Positions 24,921-36,306 of a stretch of 64,000 bases of DNA are shown here, piece after piece. The DNA comes from Centroscyllium fabricii (taxonomy: Eukaryota). Every line of letters begins with the position of its first letter. Positions within the stretch are counted from its first letter, which is position 1. The notes below the pieces were generated by a model, which was not told where the DNA came from, did not search any database, and worked only from the letters and a program-made list of their open reading frames with translations. The stretch covers positions 44,764,001 to 44,828,000 of the forward strand of contig JBNRSN020000014.1 of assembly GCA_051313645.2 (NCBI GenBank), written 5' to 3'. The position numbers and the translations under genes were made by a program.

Positions 24921-25921
24921 AAGTGGGTTGAGTGACAGGTCTAAGGACTTGGTGGAAACCTTTCACAGTTAGGGTCCGTCTCTCGATGAAGCATTGCAGC
25001 ATCTGCCAAGGTAAGTGTTTTGAGTGTTTTCTTCACAGCTGCTCCTCAGAGGAGGGTGTCACTTACACCTCCAGGGTGTTGAAGGCCTGGAAGGCATTCT
25101 GCTATGGGTCCTTCAATGCCTTGAAGGTGAAAGTGACCAAGCCGACTGAGATCCCGCTAGCTTTCACCGGCGGGGTTTCAGGATGGTGGGGTATAGGTGG
25201 GAAGGGATCCAAAATCGCGAGGGGCCCTTAAAATGAGATTACCCATGGCAATTAAGGGCCCCTAACGAGCTCAATGATCAACCCCGCCGGTGGCGGGCGG
25301 GAAAGATTCGGGCCGGCTAGACATGCCGACCGAAAACCACAAAGTGGCAGGGATCTGGCGGGAGCGGTCGGGATCCCCCAGTTTCGGGATGTTAAGACCC
25401 GCCCCACTGAAAACACGCCCTTACAGCCCGAGGAAAATCCCCCCCTTGCATTTATATAGCACCTTTCACGACCACCAAATGGCTCAAAGCACTTTACAGT
25501 CACTGTTATAATGTGGGACACGCGGCAGCCAATTTGCGCACAGCAAACTACCACAAACAGCAATGTGATAATGACCAGATAACATTTCTGTTATGTTGGT
25601 TGAGGGAGAAATATTGGCCATGACACAGGAATAACTCGCCTGCTCTTCTTTCGAAATAGTACCATGGGATCTTTTACGTCCACCTGAGAGAGCAGATGGG
25701 ACCTCAGTTTAACGTCTCATCCAAAAGACTCACGGTCACCATTACTGATATTGGCTTTTTATTCCAGATTTATTGAATTAACTGAATTTAAATTCCACAG
25801 CTGCCGTGGGATTTGCAGTCATGTCTCTGTATCAATAGTCCAGGCCTTTGGATTACTAGTCCAGTAACAACCACAATGTTACCGTTGGCTTAAAGTTGAT
25901 TATTCCTTTACTGAATTTAAG

Positions 25922-26745
25922 CCTTGGCTCAGTAGTAGCTACCAGCAGTTGCTTCAGGGTCAATGGTCCTTGGTTGAAGCTCTCTCCAGGATTTAAGCAC
26001 AAAATCTAAGCCTGCACTTCAGTGCAGGACTGTACTGTTAGAGGTGCTGTCTTTCAGATAAGACCTTAAACCAAGGTCCTATTGGTCCTCTCAGGTGGTT
26101 GTTAAAGATCCCATGAGACCATTTGAAGAAGATTAGGATCATTTTCTTGATATTATAGAAACATAGAAGATAGGAGCAGGAGTAGGCCATTTGGCCCTTC
26201 GAGCCTGCTCCGCCATTCAATGAGATCATGGCTGATCATCCAAACCCAGCACCCTGCCCCTGCCTTGTCCCCATATCCCTCGATCCCTATCGAGCCTGCA
26301 CTGACACATATCCCACCCTATCCCCGTAACCCCACATATTCAATCCCCCTAACACTGAGGGTCAATTTAGCATGGCCAATCAACCTAACCCGCACATCTT
26401 TGGACTGTGGGAGGAAACCGGAGCACCCGGAGGAAACCCACGCAGACACGGGGAGAATGTGCAAACTCCACACAGATAATACCCGAGGCTGGATTTGAAC
26501 CCGGGTCTCTAGTGCTGTAAGGCAACAGTGCTAACCAGTATGCCACCATGCCACCCTATGCCGATCATTCATCTCTCAACTAACACCAATAAAACTGATT
26601 AACTGTTAATTTATGTCATTGCTGTTTGTGGGACCTTCCTGTGCATAAATTGGCTACTATGTTTCCCCACATTACATTTCAAAAATACTCCCTCGGCTGT
26701 GATATAATGAGGTCATGAAAGGCACTATATAAATGCAAATGTTTT
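25922..26745 (+). mobile_element. SacSINE1/DeuSINE-like SINE interrupted by an HE1 copy
   Basis: ggctcagt head, Deu-like core and tail gaaaggcactatataaatgcaa. Confidence 0.7.
26155..26556 (-). mobile_element. HE1/V-SINE-like SINE, full length
   Basis: Reverse complement of 20689-21097 at high identity. Confidence 0.9.
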
Positions 26746-27715
26746 CCTTTTCTATTCATCAGTTCTAGTTGTTATTATATGAAAAGTCATGCTCCACAAG
26801 CTTTAATGATAAACTTAACCACAACGCCAAAATCAACATACTTCAGAAAGGAAAATAGGCCCGAGGCCTGCACAGTGAGATACTGCTAAAAACTAATAAA
26901 AGAAAAACCTAGTTCAATTGACTTTATGGACCTTTCCACTGCACTTGATAAAAAATCTTCAACTGTGTTTTTTTTTTCAAGTTTCCATGTTTGAAAATGC
27001 ATTTCTGTCTCCAACTCCTGAAATGTTCTGTTTGATATCCATATGAGGCGGCATGTTTTGAACAATCTGTTGCCATAGTTACAAAGGAAGATTTTTGCTC
27101 ACTTCCTGGGGTTTGTCACATATATATTGTGTGTAGACGATAACATTATCCCTAATAGCCATTTGCAGGATCATAAGGTGAAAAAATAATCCCAATGTTC
27201 CTTGCTGTAATTATGAGTCGTTGCTTTGATGGCACTTTGTGGGTGTAATTATATGTCCACACTGTGCTAAGAATGAATTACCCAAGTAATGTTAGATCTG
27301 TTTCACAATTAAGGGCAGATGAGAGAGGCAGAACTTGAGTAGAGCGTTCAGGCACGGTGAGCAAAAAGGCCACACGGTCATCAAGTTAATCTAATCAATG
27401 GTGGATTGAGCAATGCTGTGATGTGGTTTTATCAGTCTGAATTTAATGTAAATCCTGTTACAGCAGCACTGCCTGAAATGCCCGCAGCTTTGTTCTGATC
27501 AGCAAAAAACCCTTCAGTAACAGTTCAGTGAAGCAGCACGGGCCTACCAAATTGATATTAGAACTGTGGATGCAAGCATATGCTATTATTCAGAGAAGAG
27601 AAAAAAATGACTAATTTTACCATCTACTCTTTAAAAGCACAAAAGAGTTCAGCTTCGTTGAAACTTCAGATTTAAACAAAAATATTTATAGTTTCGGGGG
27701 GCGGGGCAAGCGGGG

Positions 27716-28728
27716 ACCCTGGACTTCCTAACCAACAGACCACAGTCTGTGAAGTTAGGCAACTTCACTTACCCGCCCCCCCCGTTACCCTGAACACGGG
27801 GGCCCCACAAGGCTGTGTGCTGAGCCCCCTCCACTACTCCCTCTTCACCCACGACTGTGCGGCTGTCCATGGCTCCAACACGATCATCCTGTTTGCGGAC
27901 GACACCACGGTGGTTGGCCAGATCACCAACAATGATGAGTCAGCCTACAGGGATGAGATCCAGCGCCTTGTGGGATGGTATGCCGACAACAACCTGGCAC
28001 TGAACACCAAGAAAACTAAGGAGATCATAGTGGACTTCCGGAAGACTGAAAGCAGAAGACACACCCCCATCTTCATCCAAGGGGCTGAGGTGGAAAGGGT
28101 GTCCAGCTTCAAGTCCCTCGGGGTCCACATCTCGGAAGACCTCTCCTGGTCACTAAACACCTCCTTTCTGATTAAGAAGGCCCAACAGCGCCTGTACTTC
28201 CTAAGGAAACTGAAAAAAGCCAAGCTGTCACCCGGCATCCTCTCCAACTTCTACCGCTGCACAATCGAAAGCATACTGACAAGCTGCATCACAGACTGGA
28301 ATGGAAACTGCACCATCTCGGACCGGAAGGCCCTGCAGCGGGTAGTCAAAACTGCCCAACGAATCACCGGAACCCAGCTACCGTCAATTGAAAGCATCTA
28401 CCTCAAACGCTGCCTACGGAGGTCTCTGAACATTATTAAAGACCCCACACACCCCAGCCACAGTCTGTTCGCCCCCCTGCCCTCCGGGAGATGCTACAGA
28501 TCAATTCGCACCCGCACGACCAGGTTCAAGAATAGCTTCTTCCCCAGGGTTGTCAGCCTCCTGAACTCTAACAAAAAACTCCAGTATCTGCACACCTGAA
28601 ATGTACTTTACTGTATGCAATTGTATGTAAATTATTTGCACTACTCTCGGGAGTGGTGAGTCTTCGTCTCGTTGTATTGTACTAGTACTCTGCAATGCCA
28701 CTAAAATTTGAATTGAATTGAATTGAAT
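27716..28728 (+). mobile_element. Rex1/Babar-like LINE, 5'-truncated; open RT C-terminal ORF 27817-28599
   Basis: LDFLTNRPQSV, GAPQGCVLSP, FADDTTVVG, KTKEIIVDFRK, DPTHPSH; (TTGAA)n tail. Confidence 0.9.
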
Positions 28729-28740
28729 AAAAAAACAATA

Positions 28741-29198
28741 CAGGTTGTGCACTGTTAATCCGGCACCCTCGGGAACAGGCCGGTGCCAGGCTACTGAAAA
28801 TGCTGAACCACTGAAGCTTCGGAGAGCGCATGCGCAGACCAGTCAAAATGGCCACCGCGCATGCGCAGACCAGTCAAAATGGCCACTGCGCATGCGCAGA
28901 CCAGTCTAAATGGCCACTGCACATGCGCAGACCAGTCAAAATGGCCGCTGCGCATGCGCAGACCAGTCAAAATGGCCGCTGCGCATGCGCAGACCAGTCA
29001 AAGAGTTAGGGAATGGGATTCGCGGTCCTGGGGCTCTCCGGTGCCGCCGGGGAGAGGCCCTCCCACCGCGGGGTGCTGCTGGGGAGAGGCCCACGCACCG
29101 CGAGCATCCCTGGGATCACGTGGGCCGGCCAGTAGGATTCGTTCCAGACCACTGAAGGTGCCGAATTATCGGGTGGCGGATTAACGGTGCATAACCTG
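28741..29198. mobile_element. Tigger-like MITE with an internal 31-bp tandem repeat
   Basis: TA TSD; 22-bp TIR CAGGTTGTGCACTGTTAATCCG / CGGATTAACGGTGCATAACCTG. Confidence 0.88.
28826..29002 (+). repeat. 31-bp minisatellite, about 5.7 copies (GCGCATGCGCAGACCAGTCAAAATGGCCRCY)
   Basis: Units start at 28826, 28857, 28888, 28919, 28950 and 28981. Confidence 0.92.
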
Positions 29199-29626
29199 TA
29201 TTATGTGGTTCATGAAAGGAACACTTTTGACACAGAGTTGTCTATAAATAGTGGCTTGTGCGTTTGTCTACACGTTTTACATCTTAAAGCTGTATTAGCA
29301 GACACCACAATAACGACTGTTAAAACTAGCATTAACAAAATGATGGGCACTCAGAACGAAAAGCAATGATCTGAAGTTCCATTGTATACAAACCAAAGGG
29401 GTCACTGTCTGTTCCCATTCGGTTACACGCAGGCTGTCAATCATGGATGACCATTGCTATGCCCAACTTTCAGTCACATCATGTGCAATGATGTCACCAC
29501 AACACATTGCCAGTCATTTTTGCCCTACTATATGGTAACAGATTTTGAGAATCTGTATTTATAAGTAGAATAGAAATATTTTCCAGCTCTCCTGATGGCC
29601 CTGTTGATAAATTTACTGCCCTTTGA

Positions 29627-30035
29627 TTTCCTTGAAACAGAGGCGGCTGAGGGGAGACTTTATTAAGGTGTATAAAATTATGAGGGGCCCAGATAGAGTG
29701 GATAGAAAGGACCTATTTCCCTTCGCAAAGGGGTCAAACACCAGGGGCATAGATTTAAAGTAATCAGGGGAAGGTTTAGAGGGGATTTAAGGGGAACTTT
29801 CTTCACCCAGAGGGTTGTGGGGGGTCTGGAACTCACTGCCTGAAAGGGTGGTAGAGGCAGAAACTCTAACCACATTTAAAAAGTACTTGGATGTGCACTT
29901 GGGATGCTGTAACCTGCAGGGCTACGTACCAAGAGCTGGGAATTGGGATTAGGTTGGACAGCTCTGTGTTGGTCAGCGCGGACACAATGGGCCAAATGGC
30001 CTCCTTCCGTGCTGTGACTTTCGATGATTCTATGA
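29627..30035 (+). mobile_element. CR1 LINE 3' end
   Basis: RRLRGD...VYKIMRG...FFTQRVVG.WNSLP plus tail gatgattctatga. Confidence 0.85.
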
Positions 30036-30400
30036 CAGAACTGAGCCATACAGGTGAAGGAGGTCCCAGGTTCAATCCCCAGGCTGAGCAGAATTAGGTG
30101 GCCTCAGCAGTGGCAGAAGCAAGGCTTCTCCTGCTGGCCTCTGCCGCTGAGCTAAGGAGGGGAAAAAAATCTGCCATTTTCCACCCCTGAAAGCTCATCA
30201 TTATTCATTGCTGCCAGAAATATCCATGTGGATCTCTGGTGAGGACAGTACTGGGCTGGGGCATCATTCATAATCAAATAGGCTGCCACAACTCCATGTC
30301 TTGCTTCATGCCTGGGAAACAACCACTTGGGAGAGCGACCGGAGTGTGGGTAGTCACAGCGGAACCAACCCCCAGCATGAAACACCATCAGCATCCTCAG
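30036..30400 (+). mobile_element. Old tRNA-headed SINE-like remnant (related copy at ~37100-37350)
   Basis: gaaggaggtcccaggttcaatcccc B-box-like head shared with 37125-37150. Confidence 0.4.
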
Positions 30401-30626
30401 AAGAGAAAAGAAGAAATGGTTTCATCTTACCATCACTTCAAAATTGAAAGCATTTGACTCTTTTTTTAAGGAAGCTTGTATTTTTTTTAAACAACAAAAA
30501 TTGAGAGCGAATGCTCCTCAACTAACAACATTGTCAACATTATCCAAATTCGTGTTGGCTTATTTGAAGTCAATTTTAATCACCAACTTTAAAAAGAAAT
30601 TGAGATTTCTAATGGTGAAACATTAA

Positions 30627-31732
30627 GGGGGAAAAATTGGGTTGTGCCCTGTTTGGGGCGTAACCTCACAAATTAGCGCCCTGAAAAATTTAGCGCCGTT
30701 GCGCCTTAAATTGTATTTTAGCGCCCCAAGTAAGAGGTGGGGCGCTACTGCAGGCGGCCCACCTCGTTCCTTGGTGCAACAGCTGAAGTTCGGGCCACTG
30801 TCTGCCGCTGCGCCACGCTCTGCAGCATGCCTTCTTAAAGGGGAGTGGCCTAGCGTGGCGCAGCCCGGAACCCCGCTGGACTGCTGTGGATCGGAGTGCC
30901 GCCAAAGGAGCCCGGCACTCACAGAAGATAGGAGCAGGAGTAGGCCATTCGGCCCTTCGAGCCTGCTCCGCCATTTTGATCAGATCGTGGCTGATCATCC
31001 AAACCCAGCACCCCTCTCCTACCCTCTCCCCAGATCTCCCGACACCCCCAACTCTAAGAACTATATCTCACACACATACTCATGGGGAATTTTTTGTATC
31101 TCCAATTCACCTAACCTGCATGTCTTTGGGTGGTGGGAGGAAACCGGAGTACCCAGAGGAAACCCACATGAACACAGGGAGAACATGCAAATTCCACACA
31201 GAGAGGTACCGGGCCAAGCAGGATTCGAACCCAGGAGCTCCTTATTGCAAAGCAGCAGTGTTAACCACTGCGCCACCATGTCATCCACTTGAGGGAAGTG
31301 CCAGGCTCATGGAGCACAGCCAGCACTCCGCAGGGTGGGGGGGCATTGGAGAAGGCTGGTGACAGCAGAGGGGGCAGGTGCTGGTAGACGGCCAGCAAGA
31401 AAACTGGCTGCCCGCCACCCCAGCCCCCCTTTAAATAGCGCTGGCCCGGCTGCAACTGCGTCCCCCTGACCCTGTCGGTGACAGCGTCCGGTGCTAAGTC
31501 AGGGGGCGCGAGTGAAGTTTAAGGCCGGGGCGCGAGCGGGACGCTGCACACGGCGATGACGTCATTGCCAGCGGCGCAGTGCCATGGGGCACTACTGGCT
31601 GCCGCTGCCACCGCCGCCAGCGCCCCGCTGAATATAACGGAGGCGTCAGCCCAGGCGCTAGGTGCCTTGCTCCCCATTAGCAGCCCTCTTAGGGCGCTAA
31701 CGGCTGGCGCAAGACACCCAACTTTTCCCCCC
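30627..31732. mobile_element. Harbinger-like GC-rich MITE with a nested HE1 SINE
   Basis: TIR GGGGGAAAAATTGGG / CCCAACTTTTCCCCCC; GGCGCTA subterminal motifs. Confidence 0.75.
30920..31286 (-). mobile_element. HE1/V-SINE-like SINE, variant subfamily
   Basis: Same organisation as 1656-2021. Confidence 0.88.
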
Positions 31733-32461
31733 GAACACTGATGTGTAAGGAAGCTCTGTGTGATTGCTGAAAGCCCATCTATTGGCCATTTTGAAGCCAG
31801 TGGCCAAATCAATGCCAGGCTGTTGGATTAGCTTGGATTGGTGGTGAGGAAGACCCACTTCAATGGGGCTTCCTGTCCATTGCATATTTTACCAGGGGAT
31901 AGGGCAGAACCAGCACATTTTAAAGGTAACGTCAGGATGTTGCAGCATGGCATCATTGTCCAGTGTGTATCATTATGCAATGTCCTGATGTCACCGGCCA
32001 AAGTGTCGCGGTCAGGCCTGCACATGCACACAATGTTGGAACCCCACAGTACAACCGGTTTAGAAGGACAGACGAAACATGGCAGAGCAGCTCACAGTTA
32101 GCTCGTTCTCCAGAGCTGCAAAGTAAAAGGAGCTTCAGTCATTGTTTTGCTGTCTTTTTTAGTCAGCTTGGAAGTGGGTAGAAGATTGTTCGATAGTAAA
32201 ATACTGCAGATGCTGGAAAATGGTTCAGCACTTTACAGCCCTCCGGACTCAATTTCGAGTTCAACAATTTCAGATCATAACTTCGGCCCCCATTATATTT
32301 TTACCTATTTTTATCTACACTTTTTATTTGGCCCCCCTTCTCTCTTTTTTTTCTCTCTCTCCCACATGGCAGCCGCCTCCCATTCTGCCACTGCACTTCA
32401 CACCTAATTTATAGCGGTATTCTGTCCCCAGCCCCATCACTACCTCGTCTCATTTTGAATA

Positions 32462-33174
32462 CAGGTCCACAATCCCTTATCCGAAACGCTTGGGGCCAGA
32501 TGTGTTTCGGATTTTGGAATATTTTGGAACGGTACCCTATCAATGACCATAGGAGCCCAGTGCGCAGGCGTGGAACAGGGTTTCGCTCTGAGCATGCGCA
32601 TTGCCGTGTTGGCGGTGGTCTGAAACAGAAGAGACGCTCCATACATTCACAGTTATCACAGAATACAGTTTGAAGTTCGTTAATCCGGCACCCGAAGAAA
32701 CGGCAACTTCGAACGTCCGGCAATAATTTCCCCGACTGCCCTGTGCATGCTCAAAATGGCCACCGGCCTTTCGTGGTGGCCATTTTGAATGGTCTGCGCA
32801 TGCGCTCGCCGAAACTTCAATCGTTTGGGATTTTCACTTGTCCGGTACGGGCCTTATCCCGCCCGTGCCGGATTAACGAAGTTCAACCTGTACTGTTAAA
32901 TTCTGTCTGGGTGAGATACTCCCGGGAGGCAGTAGGAGATTGTGGGCTCGGGGAGGAATTGGACACGCGGGTGGGCTGGGAAGCTTCATAAACACCTGGT
33001 GTAGGCCTCAGGCCCCGAATTAGCTTTAGGGTTATTACCTTATACTCTAAGCACCGCTTCTAGTCCAAAATGGGTCACGTTTGGTGCAACTTGGGTCATG
33101 TGATGCTCTGAAAAAACTTTGGGTTTTCGGAGCTTTTCGGGTTTGGGAATTGCGGATTAGGGATTGTGTACCTG
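32462..33174. mobile_element. Tigger4/MER46-like MITE
   Basis: TA TSD; TIR CAGGTCCACAATCCCTTATCCG / CGGATTAGGGATTGTGTACCTG. Confidence 0.85.
32666..32890. mobile_element. Tigger-like MITE (NRF1/YY1-motif family), nested
   Basis: TA TSD; TIR CAGTTTGAAGTTCGTTAATCCGG / CCGGATTAACGAAGTTCAACCTG. Confidence 0.85.
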
Positions 33175-33630
33175 TACCTCTTAAAGTCTTTTCTCTTTTC
33201 TTTGCTTTTCTCTTTTGTTTTCTCTTCCCTTTTGTTCTCTCCCAGCTCCCCCGGCCTTCTCACCTGTTTCATTCCCCAGCTTTAGTCTTGACAAAGGGTC
33301 CTAACCCGAAACGTCGAAGCCTATGCGTGAGTAACCCTGTCCGTACTCACGCGTTGGGACCTGAATTTCTTTGCCATTAAATATAAGATATTGAATGACT
33401 GTTGGTGATATCTAAAGTTAGAATTTTGTCTTGTAATTTAAATAACATCCCGATCTATTTGAGCAAAGCCAAAGTAGTTTTTTGACCTACAGTAGAACCC
33501 CCAAGATTGAATTATTAGGATAGATTTCCTGAAATCTTGTCCATGAGATACCAAGCAGTATACCCATGATTTCCCAGTCCATTATTGTGGTGAGACAGTT
33601 ACCCCTCTGAGGACTTGAAAAATCAACCCG

Positions 33631-33895
33631 GGTAGCACTCTCACCTCTGAGTCAGAAGGTGTGGGTTCAGGACCCACTCCAGAGACTTGAGCACAAAAAA
33701 TCACAGGCTGACACTCCCAGTGCAGTGCTGAGGGAGTGCTGCACTGTCGGAGGTGCCGTCTTTCGGATAAAACGTTAAACCGAGGCTCCGTCTGCTCTCT
33801 CAGGTGGATGTAAAAGATTCCATGGCACTACTTCGAAGAAGAGCAGGGGAGTTATCCCCGGCGTCCTGAAAAACATTTATCCCGCAATCTACATC
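33631..33895 (+). mobile_element. SacSINE1/DeuSINE-like SINE, 5' part
   Basis: ggtagcactctcacctctgagtcagaagg tRNA-like head followed by a Deu-like core. Confidence 0.8.
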
Positions 33896-33974
33896 TTTCG
33901 GAGAAAGTGGGTGTGACTTGCCACTGCACAGGGAACATGCAATATGGAGACAGATTATTATTTTTTTAAAGGAA

Positions 33975-34840
33975 GTTTGTATTTATATACTGTAGCAACT
34001 TGTCAAAACACCTCAAAGCGCTTGATGCTGTGGCGTTGCCACATTGGGGAAGCACTGTGTGTACATAGATAAACCTGCATAATCCCCTTTTAAATGCTGT
34101 ATTCCCCTCCCCCCGCAAGACAGTTGCAAGCTGAGCGGAATAAGGCATGTTCAGACTTGCCTGCTGCTGAGAGAAGGAAAACCAATCAGGTTCCAGCAGG
34201 TGACCAACCCGTGAGTCATCACAGGTTCGCGGGCTTTACGAATTCAGTACTGTATTGTAGGAGTTGGAGTAAAGACCTATTTCTTGTAGCTTGCTGTGTT
34301 GACTATTTCTTTACGCGGGAGACCGTAGCCTCCCACAATACGATGAATTATTTTGGAGTGTAGGGACTGTTGTTGTGTGGCAAATGTTGCCCCCATTCTG
34401 CTTCAGCAATGTCCCACAAACAGCAATGAGATGAATCCAAGGGTGTAAACTTAGCCAGGAAAACCCCCTGTTCTCCTTTTGAGTAGTGCTATGGGATGTG
34501 CAGGTTAGGTTGATTGGCCATGATAAGTTGACCCTTAGTGTTAGGGGGATTGAATATGTGGGATTACGGGGTGTTGGGTTTGGATGATCAGCCATGATCT
34601 CATTGAATGGCGGAGCAGGCTCGAAGGGCTGAATGGCCTACTCCTGCTCCTATCTTCTATGTTTCTATGTATCCATTAGGACACGTAGACAGATCCGTAA
34701 TTTAATGTCTCATCTGAAGAAGTGCAACTGTTACAGTGCAGCATACAGCACTGGAATGTCAGCAGAGTTTATACCCTCAGGTCCTGGTGATTCCATAGCA
34801 TTCTGACCCAGAGGTGAGAGGGCCACCAAGTGAGCCAGGC
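33975..34840 (-). mobile_element. Old SacSINE1-like SINE interrupted by a solo LTR and an HE1 3' fragment (34495-34670, + strand)
   Basis: Collinear pieces at 33975-34028, 34342-34494 and 34671-34840. Confidence 0.55.
34029..34337 (+). mobile_element. Solo-LTR-like element (309 bp)
   Basis: TGTGGC...CCCACA termini and TSD ATGC/ATAC; AGTAAAGACC signal shared with the 3726 and 59827 elements. Confidence 0.6.
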
Positions 34841-35797
34841 TGATTCAGGTGATAGCAGAATGGGGCTAATCGTGATCTTGGCCTTGAGTGTATCATGTAA
34901 CCCGTGCTAGTTTCAGGGATTAGTGATATTGGCCCTGAAGCTGCTGTTTATCACATGACTGGTGCTATGGTATCAAGAGGTTTTATGTTTTTTTCAACAA
35001 CAGGCTGTCAGGAAATAAAAGATGCATTGTATATATTATTTATATGTTTCACATACTCGGGACTATTACATTAAAGCTGCAATAGCCCTTTTTCCAATAA
35101 TCATGTTGTCGGTTACAGAATTATAAATTGAGCCAACCAGCAATTTCAGTGTAATTTGATTGGTTCAGGAGCACGGACTATCACTAAGTAGGTTACTGCA
35201 ATAAAATGCAAATTACTTTTAAACTCCAATAGCTTGTAATAAAATAATTACCATCAGTGATGTTTTAGTTTATATGCTTTTTCAATATTTGGCCACTAAA
35301 AAAACCTCAGAAAAGGTATATTACAACCTTATGGACTATAATCTGCCACAGCAGGGATGAATTGCACCAGTCGGCGGTGCAAATGTGATATGTTTGTTCT
35401 TATTCACACCTTTTAATTTTAAGGACTGTTTTCCACCCAATAATATTATCAACACAAACCGTCCTCAATGCATGTTGGATACAGAAAAATCAGCATTTGA
35501 GGAACAGAAGCAGTGGATTAGAAGGTGTCAGAGCAGAACAATAATGGATTTCTGCTTGTAACCTGTTCTATGTGCATTCAAATCCGTGGGTATAAACTAC
35601 GTTCACAAGCAGAGACTTTAATTTATTTTAAAGAGAAATTGAAGGATGAACAAGATAATTAAATCCTAACATGCCACATAATAGAGTCAAAAGAGATGAA
35701 AATAACGTTTTGAATTAACAAGTTTACAGTTCCTATTCCTAGTGCTGAGCATTTATTGGAAATTTGTACGCATTTAATTAGAATTCGTTATTTGGTA

Positions 35798-36109
35798 CAG
35801 GTTGAGCACCGTTAATCCGGCACGTTCGGGACCAGGACCGTGCCGAATTTTTGAAAACTCCAAATGATTGAAATTTTGAATGGTCTGCGCTTGCGCTCGC
35901 TGAAGCATCAATCGTTCGGGGAGAGGCCCAGGCATGCGCAGCCAAGCGTGGCAGCCATATTGCGCATGCGCAGACCAGTCGGGGAGGCCCAGGCATGCGC
36001 AGCCACGTGCAGTGGCCATTTTGCTTATGCGCAGGGCAGTCGGGCAGATTCGTGCCAGACGTTTGAAGTTGCTGGACAAATGGTGTCCAGATTAACGGTG
36101 CTTCACCTG
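35798..36109. mobile_element. Tigger-like MITE (NRF1/YY1-motif family)
   Basis: TA TSD; TIR CAGGTTGAGCACCGTTAATCCGG / CCAGATTAACGGTGCTTCACCTG. Confidence 0.88.
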
Positions 36110-36219
36110 TACTACATTTCAAAAACAGTAAAATTGCCTCACACATTTTCTCTTTTTTATTGACTGCAATCTTACCAGCAAATAAATAGGCAGCTATCCA
36201 ACAATAAATACCGCAGCGT

Positions 36220-36306
36220 GAATCATAGAATCATAGAAGATAGGAGCAGGAGTAGGCCATTCGGCCCTTCGAGCCTGCTCCGCCATTCAATGAGATCATG
36301 GCTGAT
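36220..36306 (-). mobile_element. CR1/HE1 3' tail fragment
   Basis: gaatcatagaagataggagcaggagtaggcc...gatcatggctgat. Confidence 0.8.

Larger units (their letters stand above)
24289..25445 (+). mobile_element. Harbinger-like MITE carrying a Penelope-type hairpin insertion
   Basis: GGGGGGTGATTTTC / GAAAATCCCCCCC termini; 3-bp TSD ATG/TTG with one mismatch. Confidence 0.8.
24263..25730 (-). mobile_element. SacSINE1/DeuSINE-like SINE with its tail split by a MITE
   Basis: (aaag)n-ac tail at 24263-24285 continues as ttgcatttatatagc at 25446. Confidence 0.8.
23968..25885 (-). mobile_element. tRNA-headed SINE (same family as 57676-58141), split into 23968-24262 and 25731-25885 by nested insertions
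   Basis: The two halves join to give the sequence seen intact at 57950-57990. Confidence 0.75.
32197..33375 (+). mobile_element. Penelope-like element 3' end/pLTR remnant hosting two nested MITEs
   Basis: 32227-32280 translates STLQPSGLNFEFNNFRS*, matching the GIY-YIG C-terminal P.GLN motif; degenerate hammerhead ttgacaaagggtcctaacccGAAAcgtc at 33288-33315. Confidence 0.7.

Noticed and set aside
27817-28599. Functional RT gene
   Set aside because: 5'-truncated LINE copy lacking the endonuclease and N-terminal RT subdomains; no real start codon.
30642-31362. 216-aa and 158-aa ORFs
   Set aside because: They read through a GC-rich MITE and a nested SINE.
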